DNA of 64,000 nt from Paraspadella gotoi (Eukaryota; Animalia; Chaetognatha): the NCBI GenBank assembly GCA_051294375.1, contig CM119265.1:1852280-1916279 (forward strand), given 5' to 3'. Under the pieces are notes generated by a model, which was given only the letters and a program-made list of their open reading frames with translations, was not told where the DNA came from and searched no databases. The translations under genes and the position numbers were made by a program. Of the stretch, positions 12,493 to 26,365 are shown one piece after another; within the stretch, counting starts at the first letter, position 1; the number at the start of each line of letters is the position of its first letter.

Positions 12493-15400
12493 TCAATGAA
12501 ACTTCCGCAAATGATCATTGACCTCAATTTCCCTCACGAAAGACGTCTCACAGAGTTTACATTTAAAGCTAAGCGCGAAATCGTCCCGCCCACGAATCCC
12601 GTGTTTTCTCTCCAAGTGAAAACGGGCGATGTCCACGTGACCGTATCGCTGACTACAATGGTTGCAGTCGTAGACGAGAAGAACGGCGTCCGAGTTGGCG
12701 CCGCCATCGACCTCTCGTTTGACGACGGTGTCGAGGGGAGTCGGCGTCGTCAGGGAAGCGACGCCGGATCGACGGGGCGTCAGCGGCGCCAGGGATGCGA
12801 CGCCGGAACGACCCGGCGCCGTAATCTTAGACGCTTCGGATTCGCGTTTGACGGCATCAAGCAGAGGACCGTAGACAGGATTGAAAGACGGCGCCTTCGT
12901 CGCAGGGCGGGAGGTGGATGTTCGATTGGAGGGCGCCGCCGCAGAGGACCCGGAAAAGGGCGCTGTGGAAGACGCGGTGGAAACCGGCGACGCCAAAATG
13001 CGAAAAGCGAGAGGAAAGTTAAAATTGGGCGACGACGATGTCGCGGATGAAATCGGCGGCCGATTTTGGTGACTCAATTGCGTCGGTGGAATTCCGAAGT
13101 CGGGATCGAAAGGTTCCGGTTTGATAGAAGTCGGAGGAGGAGGCGCCGGTGGATGACGCAGCTGTTGCTGTCGCTGCTGTTGTGCATGTTGCAGTCGATT
13201 CTGCGGTGGAGGCAACGTCTTCGTCTTAGTCGAAAGCGTTCCTTGGCAATTGTTTTTGGTTGGGAAGGAACGGGTGGCGACGACGAATGAAGGGGCCACC
13301 GTCGTGGATGGGGAACGCAAGAAATTTGCAGGGCGAAGTTGATGTGGTTGAGAATGATGTGGTTGAGGTTGAGAATGATGTGGTTGAGGTTGAGAATGAT
13401 GTGGGTGAGAATGATGTGGTTGAGGTTGAGAATGATGTGGGTGAGAATGATGTGGTTTAGGTTGAACCGGTTGAGTTGTGTTCAGATGTTGAGGTAAAGA
13501 ATGAGATTGCGAGGGTGGTGGATAATTAAAAGTTTGAGAATTCTTAGGAGTTGGTCGAGGATGAAGAGACTGGGATTGTTGAGGATAGAAAGGTGGATAA
13601 AATGGAGGATGAACTCCTTGATATGACGGGTGAAATTCATGCGGACGAAATGGCACCTCGTCCGAGACTTGACCGGGTAAAGAATGCTGGGGATACGGAA
13701 CCTCGTTCCGGAGTGGTTCCGTTTTGACGGCGACATTCGGCGGGGCTCGATGACTCGCGATATTTGGCACTTGAGTCGGCAAAGTGCTAAGGGGCAGTGA
13801 TTGCTGAGATTGAACGAGTTGCGGCGGGGCGGATCGATGCGCGGATGAAGTCGACGATCGCTGCTGCGTCGACGAAGACGATCGCAAAGGCGGAAGAGAT
13901 TTGGAAGATGATTTCGACGTCAGCGGCGGCGGCAGCGGCGCAGGGACTAAAGGGAACGGCGGCTGAAGCGACTGCGGCGGCGCCGGCTGCGACACTCCCA
14001 GCAGGCTCTCGGCGTCGAAGAGATTCGTCGATGGCGCCTCCACTTTGATGGGGATGGGGCGATGTCGGCGACGAGGAGGAAGTGGAGCGGGAGGAGCGAG
14101 TGGACCGTTGATAGAATTAAAAGCCGCGGGGGGTTGAGCAGCTTTGGATTGAGAAGCGATGGCGAATTGTTTGGCGACGGTATGATAAATATTGTTTGTG
14201 GGATGAGGAGCTATTGGATGATGAGGAGCTATTGGATGATGAGAAGCTATTGGATGATGAGGAGCTTTGGGAGGATGTGGGGCTTTAGGAGCAGGAGGAG
14301 CTATTGGAGGATGAGAAGCTTTTAGAGAATGAGGAACTTTTGGAGGATGAGGAGCTTTAGGAGAGCTAAGAGGTTGAGATGCTTTGTAGGAAGGTGGAGC
14401 GGTATTCGGAGTAGGAGCAGCGCAGGGAGTTGAAGCGGTGGAGGAATGATCGATGGACGACGTTCGTCCGAAAGATCGAAAGCGATTTTGTCGAGAAGTT
14501 TGATCGTCATCTCTTGACAGCAACGTCGTGGATTCTCGATCAACGCCGGAAAAGTCCGTCGATGGCGTCTCGCTCTTGACCTCGGTCGTCGTCGTCGGCG
14601 TTTCCGCCTCCGGAATGATCTCGGCGATTTCCGGCCGATAAGGGTGGACGAACTTGATCTTACAGCGATGCTTGGAGTGGAAGTGGTCGCGGAGGGCCAT
14701 GTCGTTGTGGCAGACATAGTCGCAGATGGTGCAGAGGTAGGGAGTCTTCAAGTGGACCTGTTGCTTGTGGCGTTCAAGGTCGCAGTTGGCGTAGTACCGT
14801 TTGGGACAAAGATCGCATTTCCAGTTGCGGAGTTTCTTGTGGACGAGATCCACGTGGGAAGAAATCGAGGAGGCGCTGCTGAAATCTTTGCCGCAAACGT
14901 AGCATCTGGGAGGAGGAACAATAATGGTGTGTATCTCTCTCTTTCTCACTCTCTCTCTCTCTCTCTCTCTCCCTCTCTCTCTCTCAAACACCCACCTGGT
15001 CGCGATGAACCCGTCGTGCGAAACCGCATGCATCTTCAAAGTCTCGTTGTCCTCGAACTCTTTCCCGCAGTAGCAACAGATCCAAGGGTCCGGAGGTCGG
15101 ACGCTGCCGTCTGTGTTGTGGCCGAGGCGGCCGTCGGGGCTGTCGTCGGGCACGCGGTTGGCGACAGAGATGGTGACGAAGGAGGTGCGGGTGGCGGCGT
15201 CGTTTGGCGGGAAGGGAGAGAGTTCCGTGTCTCTGGAAAAGGTGGAGGCCCGAAGGTTAACAGCTTAACTTGGTTAATAAGGTTAACAGGTTACAGTTTT
15301 GATCCACTACGTCAACTTTTTTATAAATTCCTCACCCGAGTATGTTGTTCAAGAAGTCGTCTTCCCCAAAGTCTGCGGCGATGACTCTCGACGCCAACTC

Positions 15401-16997
15401 CGTCTCCTGTGAAAAATTGGTTTGATCAATCCCAATTCAATCAATCAATGCCAAGTAAATCTCATTTGCATATTTTAGTAAATTATTGACATACAGTGTA
15501 GTATCATAAATTAGTATTTTATTTTAAATTAATGATAAACTATTGATTATCTATGGTAAAATATTATATAATCATCATAATACATCAACGATTAAGTTTA
15601 TTTTAAACTAGTGTTTCCGTGATTCTTGGTTCTCATACCTCCTTCCAATCTTCCATCTTTTCCGGCGTCTTTTTTCGGCGCTTCGTCCGACTGTCAGACG
15701 ACGATGACGACGACGAGCGGCGCTTTTTCTTTTTCGGTGTCGTCGCCGCTTCCTGAGATTCTGTTCAAAGAATCGATCGGTTAATTCTAATTATTTTTGG
15801 TGTCACACTAAAGGATCAATTATGGCAGCAAACATGAAGAAAGCGGAAAAATCCCCATCAGTGAGACTGAAATTTTTCCAAAAAAGCAACTTGGGATGAG
15901 CGTTGGAAACCAACCTCACCTGTAATTGAGAGCGCATCGTTTATTCTTCGGTCAATTGCGTCACAGTCTCCATTTTCATCGTCGCGATCCTTTTTCTCTC
16001 CATCAACCGCCGCTGCCTCAGCCGCCGCCGCCCCTCCAGCCTTATCCTTTTCGACGACGGCTTCGATAATTTTGTCGATCTCCTCCAAAGAACAGAGATT
16101 CCGCAGTGCCGGGTTCTTAGAGGGGGAAACCATGAGGTACTGCGGAACCCCGTTCATCGGGATTGCAGCGGATTGTTGGGTAACAACCTCTTCGATGCTT
16201 GCGTCAACGGGGTCCTTGGAGGACAGCGGCGGCGTCATGGGAGTGACGACGGGAGTGATGATGGGCGGAATGTCGGAGGAGAAGGTGGGCGCCGTATTTT
16301 GTTTCTCGGGCGAGCCGGGGTCGATGGAACCGGAGCCATCTAACGGTGATGGACCGTCGATGGCGACGACTTGAGACGAATTTAAGTTCGACTCCGAAGA
16401 ATCATTCGGTTTTAAAACGATGGAAGAAGGTAAACATTTGGTTTCCGACGAATCAATCGCATTCATCGAAGCGAAAGAGACATTCAACGCGACAGTAGCG
16501 CCGTCCAGCGACGATCGAGTGCTGTCTAAAGGCGAAGCGGAGCCACTCATTGGAGAGGTCGACAAAGAGCATCCGTTATCCGGCGTTGCGGCTCCGTTAA
16601 CCGGTGATGTGGGTGGGTTAATCGTTGAGACGGAACTGTTAACTGCCATGGATGATGACCCATCAACTGGCGAAACATTTTCCCCCCGAGACGAAACGCG
16701 ATCCGCTGAATTTCCTTTTAGTTCTGAGAAGAATTCCGCCGGCAAGAAAAAGTCGCGCTCCGGAACCGAGGACGCGTTGACGTCAACGGAAACGGCCGTG
16801 ACGGAGGCGGCGCCGAGAGACGGCGACGGCAAAAATAGAGTATCCGGCGGCAAAGAAGAACGACTCACTTCCGAGGGACAAAGGGGAAACGACGTCGGAT
16901 TAAGGTGTGGCGGAGTCGGCGGCGGCAATGCCATCTTAGCGGCGTCGATGGCGCCAATAGAGGAATCCGCGCGACGGGGATCGTCGAGGGATCCCAT
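12493..16997 (-). CDS. C2H2 zinc-finger protein with long Ser/Pro/His low-complexity regions; multi-exon
   Basis: Fingers CCYCGKEF...H...H, CYVCGKDF...HVDLVH, CDLCPK, CTICDY plus two C-terminal fingers. The 5' exons (16997-15921 and others) are joined by GT-AG introns; that linkage is inferred. Confidence 0.75.
13341..14370 (-). repeat. Coding tandem repeats (HHSQP at 13341-13455; PIAPHH/PKAPHP at ~14200-14370) in the first ZnF gene
   Basis: Visible in both DNA and translation. Confidence 0.8.
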
Positions 16998-17245
16998 CGG
17001 CGAAGGGGAAAAGATCAAAACATGGTTGATGAAGGTCGTGGATGGAGATGAGAAATTGAAGATTCCCAGAGAGGGAAACTTACATTTTTGTATTGTTTTG
17101 AATGACAAGGCTCTGAAGATTTTTTCTGATAGAATGAGAACATTGTAACGAATAAAAAATTATAATAAATACGCAACGAAATATTAACTCGCAGTTCGAA
17201 GAGAGACGAAACAAAACAAAACAAAACAAAACAAAAGGCGACCCG

Positions 17246-17843
17246 TCACTTCCACCTCCTCTTCTCTTTGACGAACAACTTGAAAGAAGTCCAAAGCACT
17301 CGCCAATTTCTCAAGTACCACCCCTTCATGTAACGGAGATGTTCTTCGCGATGTCGACGCAAAAAGTCTCGATAAAAGACGCTCATCTCCTCCGGCGTCA
17401 CCATGGCGCCGTCCTGCCGCTCCCGCTGCGCCGCGCGGATGGAATCGCGAACGAACTCTTCGCGCGCCGCGAAAAAGTCGGCGTTGCGGCGTCGCCAGAA
17501 CTCATGATTCCACGAAGCGGAGTCGGTCACGGCGAGTCTGGACAGAAATTGGAAGAATTTTTTGGTGCTTCGAAGCTCAATAATCGATTCATTTAATTCG
17601 AATAAAAAACACTGCATTGCACCCAAAATACGAAACTCACCTGTACTTCTTCCGCGCCAAAGATTCCCCTTCCTCCTCCGGAACGTGAACTGGGCGGATG
17701 TGAGATACTTTGTCCGGCGGGCCAGTCCAGTCCCTACCGGATTTCACCACGTACGGCGGAACTTTGTTCGGATCAGTCACGTACGATTTTCGAAAAGGGC
17801 GGAGTTGAGGAGTTGGGAGTTTGCGAAAGATATAATAGATCAT
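17246..17843 (-). CDS. COA8: Cytochrome c oxidase assembly factor 8 / apoptogenic protein 1; 2 exons
   Basis: DWTGPPDKVSHIRPV...; WNHEFW...N..FF..REEF...EEMSVFYRDFL...H..Y...WY.RNW. Confidence 0.88.
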
Positions 17844-18115
17844 CGTAACGAGTTTATGTAGAAATGTTCAATTTTCAAATAAATTTTCAAAGTCATAATT
17901 GAGGCTGAAAAAGTAGATTTTATATCGCATCAACAGTCAAAACATCAGGAATTGTATTCATTCGTTTGACAACAACAATCATCGAGTTTAAGCTGAACAT
18001 TTGCGTCTTTTCGGGTAAAACCGAAATAAAAAAAGACAAAAAAATGATAACTAACTTGAATAAATCCAATAGTCAAAGACTAACGAATAAAAAAGCCCCC
18101 CCCCAACCCACTTTC

Positions 18116-21100
18116 TCACAGCCCGAATCTGGCGGGCGTTCTCCTCGGCGTGTTCCCGCCCGTCTTAGGCCTGAGCCCCGGCGTGGCGATGGCCGTCTTC
18201 CTCACCGAAGCCAATCTTCTCTCCCTCTCCACCTCCGTCGCTCTCCTCTCCATCTCCTCCACCGCCTTCTCCATTTCTTCCTCCATGTGTCTCATGTGAT
18301 TCTCCGCCTTCTTCCTCTTGTCGACGGCGGAGCCTTTGCTCTCCTTCACGGAATAGAACATCGGACCCAACTCGGCGAGCCATTCCCCTTCCACCGCCGT
18401 CACGCATTGCATGTATTCCTTGATGGTCATGACGAGCTCGTGGTAGACCACGTAGTCGGGCGTGTAGCCCATGCCGAAGAGAGACGAGGTCGGGTGTACG
18501 TGACAGGGCATCCCCGTCCGGGCGTTCACGTACTCGCCCAGGCCCTTGAGTCGGGCGGCTTGGTGAAAGTAAGCCGAGCAAATGCATTTGCGCACGACGT
18601 CCCAGTCCGTGCCGCAAGAGACGAGAGCCAATTTCTGTTGATCCATGATCTCGCGAAGCTGCTGCCGCACCTCGCGAACTTTACGCAACGCCTTGATGTG
18701 CATAAAGTGCTGCGTCGTCCAGGAAGAAGAGTATTTGTTCATTCGCCATTGTTGATAGACGTGAAGGAAGGTGAGATGATCCGACTCTGGGACGGCGAAC
18801 TTTTCCCTCGCCGCGTCGGATTCGTCCTCGCGACCTTTGGGCCGGAAGAAGATGGCGGGAACGGACAGCATGGAAACGATGGTTAACACCTCTTCTGAAC
18901 ACTTCATGTCCACGGAGATGATGAGCATCTTGGAGAGAGGAGGGTCTAGCGGAAACTCGACCATTTGCCGACCGAGGCGAGTCAGCATGCCGGTGTTGTC
19001 CAGGGCGCCCAAGACCCACAACTGGTACATCGAGTTCAGTATATTGTCCTGCGGCGGCGGATCCATAAAGTGAAAGTGCAGCAGCTCCTGAACGCCCAGC
19101 GACTTGAGCAATAACACCACGTTGGCCAGATTGGTCCGCTGGATTTCGGGAACGTTGGTGCGCAGCATCTCGTGGCGATACTGACGCTCCGTGTAGAGAC
19201 GAAAGGCGGTGCCGGGTCCTGTCCTGCCGGCGCGGCCCGACCGCTGATTGGCGTTGGCCTGCGAGATAGGATAGATGGAGAGAGCGTCCATTCCGACGCG
19301 AGAGTTGAAGACTTTGAGTTTGCAATATCCAGCGTCGATGACGTACATGATTCCGTCAACCGTCAACGACGTCTCCGCGATGTTGGTGGCCACGACGCAT
19401 TTGCGAACTCCGTCGGGCGCCTTGGCGAAGATCTTCGCCTGCAGATCCGACGGCAACTGAGAGTACATGGGCAGCACGGCCAAGGGCGGAGCGTCGTCCA
19501 GCTCGCCTAATCTCTCCACGATCAACTCGCAGGTGACCTCTATGTCCTCTTGACCCGGCATGAAGGCCAGGATGTCTCCGTCATCCATGCCCAGATGTAC
19601 TTGGATGGCCTGCTTGACGGCCGCGTCCACGTAGTCCTCCACCGAGCTCTTGCTGTAGAGCACGTCCACGGGAAACGTTCGTCCGGGGATGGTGAAGACG
19701 GGAACGTCGCCGAAGAAGGAAGAGAACTTCCCCGCGTCCATCGTGGCCGAAGTGACGATGAGTTTGAGATCTTGACGTCGCCCGATGACGTCCCGAAGGA
19801 GACCGAAGAGGACGTCCGTGTTGAGGGAGCGTTCGTGGGCTTCGTCCATGATGATGGCAGAGTAGTTATCGAGGTCGTTCTCTCGGAGAGACTCTCGAAG
19901 GAGAATCCCGTCGGTCATGTACTTGATGATGGTCTTGGGCGAAGTGCAATCCTCGAATCGGATCGAGTATCCCACGTCGCTGCCGAGTTCAACGTCCATC
20001 TCTTCGGAGACGCGCTTGGCGACGCTCATGGCGGCGACGCGACGGGGTTGGGTGCAGCCGACCACGCCGAAAGTGGTGTAGCCGTCTTCGTGGAGATACT
20101 GGAGTTGTTGGGAAGAAAAAACAAAGAATCAAATATTTTAGAACGAGTTTTATTTTTTGCTTTTATGGCATTTATCTATTAAAATACTGTGGCAGCAAGA
20201 CTTAAAGCTGCCTCACTGCTGTCCGTCCTCAGCCTCGTCTCAATGGCTGAGCAGGCTAAATCATCTCATTCCATCCGTGCGTCCCGGGTTCAATCCCTGG
20301 GTATCCCGGTTCTGGCTTAAATGTGACGGTGCCGGTATAAACATGCCAGTGACAGGAGGCGGTCACTGAGGGTCCGCAGCCCCTACGCCAGTTGGTGAGA
20401 TACCCCGCGCCCCGGGTATCACAGGCTATCCTCCCGTTGCCATAATACATCATTTATCCATTTCTTTATAAATTATCTCATAATTTCATTAATAATCTAT
20501 TTATGTATCTATCGGCTATAATCCATTTTGAAATTGTCATTTATCTATTATAATCTATCGAATCATCGGTCAATCATCGGTCATCGATTTCGTCATTAAT
20601 TTAATATTTTCAACGACATATTTGATTATATCTTTCAGGCCATCCTTCGCCACGCGCCACGCCCCCAAACCTGCGTCAACTGCGTCGTCTTTCCGCTCCC
20701 CGTCTCTCCGACGATGATGACGATGTTGTTCTCGCGAATCAAACGCAGCAGCTCCTGCCGCACGGCGTAGATGGGCAGGTACTGTCGCTGCTGCGCGATG
20801 GTCTTCTCCTTGGCGAAGTCGGAGACGGCCTCCGTCTTTTCCTTGAGGTGATCGGCGAACTTCTGATCCGCTTTGAAGTCTTCGCCGCTTTCGTCCTCGT
20901 CGACTTCGCCAGCGTCCTTCTTGTCCGGGATGCCCATGATGTTGCCTTAAAAGGAGAGAGAGAGAAAAGGGGTAAGGATCCGTAATTAATTAATTAATAC
21001 GGCTCAAAATAAATTATTAAAACGACTGTTACAACCAATATAAAAATTATCCATTCTATAAGCTATTTAGCCCCTGACTGTGGACAGGCTATATAGTGGT

Positions 21101-23079
21101 TTAAGGCCTCCATCACAATATGAGATGAGCGATCTTTATTAAGGAAAAAATAAAATTAAAAAGTTTCGACAAAGGACAAACGCTTAATTCGGACAAACTA
21201 AGTAATTAGCTTGTAAAAGAGACAGAGGCCTGAACCCTGATAGTTTCGCCAATTGTTGTACCAATTTCAAAAGCTAAGAAAAAACAGCCCTCCAAGGCCG
21301 CCCCCCTTCCTCTTACCCAATTTAGATCCGGCCAATTCCCAATCCTTATTTTGCGCCTTCAACTTCTCCTTCTGCTCACGCCGCGTCCTGACGACGGCGC
21401 TGCCCTTCCGCGAGATGACGGCCATGTCCGAGGTGGAGTCCTTGACCGGCACCACCGGTTCCGCCTGTTTGGTGAAGGCGATGCGACCGTCGAGGAAGGG
21501 CGGCGCGATGTTGTGGACGAGGAGGTGGACTTTGTCTGAGGGAGGGTATTAGAGGGGTTAGAGGGTTAGAGGGTTCCAATTTAAAATATTTTAAGAAAGC
21601 TTTAGGAACGACATATCCCAAAATCAATTCGTAAAACATAATACGTAACTGAGCTTAAAAACGTGCATATTAGCCTAGATCTTTATTTCTTTTTTTCTTT
21701 TCCATACATCATCAAACAATCACCATCATTTCTCGTTTCTCACTTTCATTATCAATTTATTTAAATTCATTCATTCATTCTTCATTTTTTTCTAATTCTC
21801 CTTTTCTTTTCCTTTCCTCTTCCTTTCCTCTCCCTCTTCTTTCCTTTTCCTCTTCTTTCCTTTCCTCTTCTTTCCTCTTCTTCTTTTTCTTTTCTCTCCT
21901 CCCTCCTCCACTCCCCCTTTTCTTTTCTCCCTCCTTCCCCCCCCCGCCTCCCCCCTCACTCACCCTGCTCCTCCTCCTCGAAATCCGTATCGACGTTAAT
22001 CAACCTGACGACGTCGGAGCGAATCATCCGGTTCTTCTCCCACTTTTCGTTGTCCGCGTTGATGTCCCTCTGTCTGGCGGACATCCTCTTCTTCTTCCTC
22101 AACTCGGCCGCCAACTCCTTCTTCCTCGTCCACGTCTCTCCGACGCCGGCGAAGGGATTCTTCTCGTCGTCGTATCCTTCGTCGAGTCCGTACCACTCGC
22201 GATCGAGTCTCTTCTGTTCCTCGTCCCACTCGACCTTCTCGTCTCCGTCTCTGTACGGCATTTCCGGCGGCGCCTCTCCTCCGCCCGGCGTCTCTTTCGG
22301 CGTGTACTTGGTGCTGCGTTTCGCGTCGGCCCATTCGTTGTACTGATGAGACGGCGTCGGCGCCGGAGTTTGATTCTGTCGCCATCCGCGTTCCGTTCGA
22401 TCGCGCGTTCGATCCACGCGTCCGGAAGAGGAAGAAGCGCTTCCCCGACGATCCCCGGCGTCGCCAAAGTCGCGCGCTACGCTGCCGCTGCGCGAACCGG
22501 GGCCGCCGTGGACGCTAGGGGTCGGCAAATCCCAGGTGGAGGCGCTGCGGGCGGAGGAACCCGACGAATCGTCGTCGTCGTCTTCCCAATTTGTGTTAGA
22601 GGGCGTGTCTCGCGACGACGCCTCTCCTCGAGAATCGCGCCGCGGCGTCGCGTCTCCGGCGTCGCGGTATCGTTCGCTGCGCGGAGTCTCGTCCCATTGA
22701 CGTTCGACGCGTGAGGATCGTTCGCTTCGATCGCCGTTGGACGAAGGACGATCGCCGTTAGAACCCCTATCTCTCCTCTCGCTCTTCCTCTCTTTCTTCT
22801 CCCTCTTCCTCCTCCTCCTCGTCTCCTCATCCTCGTCTCGTCTTTTCTTTCCTCCTTTCTCCTTCTCAGTCGCGGCGAAGACTCCTCTCTCCTCCCGACT
22901 TCGTTTTCGATCGTCGATTCGTTGACGGACGCTCGGGGACACGCCCCCCGGGTGAGAGGGCGTCTCTACTCGCGGGGGACGGAAGTGGCGATCGCGCGGG
23001 GCTTTGAAAAGGCGGGAGGAGTCGTCCGCGCGTGGGGTCGGTGGGCGGAGGTCCTGGGAAATAGGGAAAATAGAAGAGA

Positions 23080-23114
<35 letters not shown>

Positions 23115-23651
23115 AGCTATGAGATTCCTACAAGGACACATCTTAAAACGATCAAATCTATGCGTTCAGAAAACCAAGGGATTCAGTAAAGGCACCCGAT
23201 CCTCAAACGCTGACAAAACCCGTCTATATCTACAATCTACAAAGTTAACACTATCCATCACACTATCACTCAAACACTGACCAAGTCATCAACCACTAAA
23301 TCCTAAATCTGCGGCATCCCAAACCCACACAATCCACGACAAATTCCACCACAGGATCCAAATTGGACCACATTCACTCACAACCCTCACCTCATCCTCG
23401 TCCTTAAACGAGTTGACCCGACTCGCCCTCTTCTCTTCCTCCAACTCCTTCTCCTGCTGCCGCTTCAGCGCCGCCAGCCGGTCCAGCCCCAGCAGGGAAG
23501 GTTTCGGTGGAGGCGGCGCCGCCGGCTTCTTGAAAGAGTGCGGCTCCTCGGCGGCGCTCTTTTTCTTGATGACGAGGCCGCCGGTTTGCGGCGCCGACGC
23601 CTCCAGTCGGTGGACGGAGGCGTCGTCTTCCTCGTCCACGAACATGTTCAT
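18116..23651 (-). CDS. DHX38: Pre-mRNA splicing DEAH helicase PRP16; ~5 exons
   Basis: [76 protein letters not shown]-terminal TPARFGL. Confidence 0.96.
20188..20444 (+). mobile_element. Structured small element, subfamily B (tRNA-like A/B boxes), in a DHX38 intron
   Basis: TGTGGCAGC...GTTGCCATA; TSD ATAC; contains TGGCTGAGCAGG and GGTTCAATCC. Confidence 0.85.
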
Positions 23652-25146
23652 GCGTTGGAGGGGATAATGGGTTGGAAGAAGCGACAGGAGATGATGTTTT
23701 TGTTCACGAGGAATGGAATCGATTTTTTGTTTTCTGCTCTTATTTTTGTTTTTGTGTTGACAACACTGAGATGTTGGACCTAAAGAAAAGGGGAAAAGAA
23801 ACTTATAAATTTGATATTGAAAGTTTGATTCAGATTAAGATTCAATGAGAAAGAAAGCGCGGTTAATATGATCCGTAACAAATTATCGATCAACATATTG
23901 CTTTTTTTTTGGGGGGGGGCTGTTGAAGACGATGGCGAGAAGTTGAGGAGAAAAAAAACTTTTCTTCCTTCTCTTCCTCCATCTCCGATACGAAACACAG
24001 GAATCGCAAATCTCTTCCCAGGTTTTTCCTCAAACTTTATCGTCCTCACAAACGGTGACAACAACGACGACGACGAAAACGACGACTCGATGTACTCACT
24101 CGTTTAAAGAGACGACGAAAGACGACGACTTTTGCTTTTACGATCTGAATCGGGAAGATTCTTTTGGATCCTGATCGTGGAAAGATTCGTCGCCATTTTT
24201 GTGACCCAGAACGAGTAAAATCTCTTGGTCTTAAGTTCGTAATTGAGTTGCACTTTTGTCTTTGACTAAAAGAACTGTAATTCAACTCTTTTGTCGAAAG
24301 AAAAAAAAAAACTTCATGAATTAAGAATATTGGATTCCGAACAAAAAAAATTCTCCGTATTGTTATATAAAGAAAGAAGGCGTCATTTTTTTAAATAAAA
24401 AACGATTACGGAATGAAAAAGGTTGGCATAATCGATAGGTGACGGTATTAAAAAAAAAAACAACTCAGCTTTCGGGGAAAAAAACCCAACACTCGATGGT
24501 GCACGGAACACTAAGAAAAAAACCTCCTTCCTACAACGACGTTTAGATGGCAAAACGAGGCGATAGATTAATTTTGCAAATTATAAGCTAAAAGCCAAAA
24601 CAAAAAAAAAAGGTTTGTGAACCTGGACTAAGTTGGTCGCATACCTTTTTTTGTTTGTATCTGTCAAGCTTCGTCGTGGATTTTTTTCATATTAGATTAA
24701 ATTAAATATTTTTTGATCACTATTTACAATTGTCTCGTTATTTATCGTAAAAATGAATCCGGCAATTCCCACTTCAACATTCAACACGTCAACAGCATAA
24801 AAACAGAAAAACAGCAAAGTAGCGCCAATTAAATCTTTCGAGCGTAAAAAAAAAAATGGCGCCCGAGATTTTTTTTTTTCGTTTTATTGACAAATTGAAT
24901 CGCCGATGATTCACCCTAGTATAAAAAAAAATTATTTCTCAAAAACAACAAAATAATTTCCGAAGTAATAAAAAAACAAAAAAGGAAAAAAATGTACGTT
25001 GGCGAGCGAATGGAAAAAAAGATGTTGGAGAAAGGGAGGGAAAGGGAAGGGAAGAGGAAGGGAAGGGAAGAGGAAGGGAAGAGGAAGGGAAGGACGGGGT
25101 TCACTTTTATAAAAACCAAACAAATAAAATTCCCCCTTCAATTTTA

Positions 25147-26365
25147 TTACAATCTTTTCAAGGATTTCTTCTGCAGTTTTTTCTTTTTTTCGACGACGCT
25201 GTTTGTGCCAGCATCGGCGGCGGCGCCGGCAGCGTGCTTCTTTCCGTTCGTGGCGCCGTTTTTAGCGTCGCCCGAGGAGGAAGAGGACGCCGCGGTGCCG
25301 GACGACGCCGGCCGAGCGTAAACTTCCGTCATCATCTTGGCCCGAGAACAGAAAGCTTCGTAGTGGTCGAGCAAGAGTTTCCCCGCGTCTTCGTTGAGCG
25401 CGGATTCGGGATTCGGGTGAATGAGAAGACATTTCACGGTCACCAGGACGTGTTTGATGCCTGAGGATTGTGGAATGTGGATTGAAGAAGAGGAAATGGG
25501 GGGGGGGATTCTTTTGGTTAAAGGGAGGAAACAACATTTCCACTTTTCCATTCTTTACTTTAGTTTTTTTTTTTTAATTTTCTCTTGAAAATTCGAGATC
25601 TACCGGACAGAGGCAAAAACAAAAGGCGAGCGTGTCGAGGTGGATCGACATTTGACAACGAAACCGTTTTCTGATATTGTCCTTGGTTAAAATGTGACAA
25701 ATTAATTACATTTAGGACTAGTTATATCTTTAAATTGATAAAATATTCCCTGGTGACTAAATATAGATCACTCTAATATGCAATCCCGTAGTTCTGAATT
25801 CTCTTCCAACAAGTCAGTAATTAAATGAATTTTGGGCAAACGTTCGCGTAGTGATAAAACAAGTCGTAAAACTTAACTTAGAATATGTTTCTGACATTCT
25901 CGCCGTGGTCATTCTCTACCATGATTAAAACTATTCTTCATCTCTCCTCCTTCAAAGACGAACCGAGATCCGGTTTCCAATCTTTCTTCAAGACGTTGAC
26001 GCAGATCTCTCCCGTCGACGAGACGTTGGGGTGGAAGATCTTGGTGACGAAAAAGCCTTTCGGCGGCGCCTGCGGATAATCCTTTCCCAGGACCAGCTTC
26101 ATCTTGAAGAGGCCGTCGGCGAAGGGCGTGCCCACGGGGCCCTCGATGGTGGCGCGAACGTCGGTGATGTCCTCGTCGTTGGCGGTCACCTTTTGTGAAG
26201 GGGGAAGGAAGAGGGATGTTGAGAGGGAATCCGAGCACAACCTCTTCCACGCCCCCTTTGGGAAAAAGAACCAACCTTGATCCCTTCGGGCGGACTCGTG
26301 GTGAGCTCCTGCAGCTCCTTCATCACTTGGCGGATGATTTGAGGCGAGAGATTCTCCGTTGCCAT
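25147..26365 (-). CDS. UBE2S: Ubiquitin-conjugating enzyme E2 S; 3 exons
   Basis: [13 protein letters not shown]...PPEG, KIFHPNV...[33 protein letters not shown], basic C-terminus KKSLKRL. Confidence 0.93.

Noticed and set aside
20240-20312. Functional tRNA gene
   Set aside because: No convincing acceptor or anticodon stem, and it sits inside a TSD-flanked repeat.
20345-20385. Twister- or hammerhead-like motif CTGAGGGTCCGCAGCCCC in the structured elements
   Set aside because: I could not assemble the required core nucleotides or pseudoknots by eye, so no ribozyme is called.
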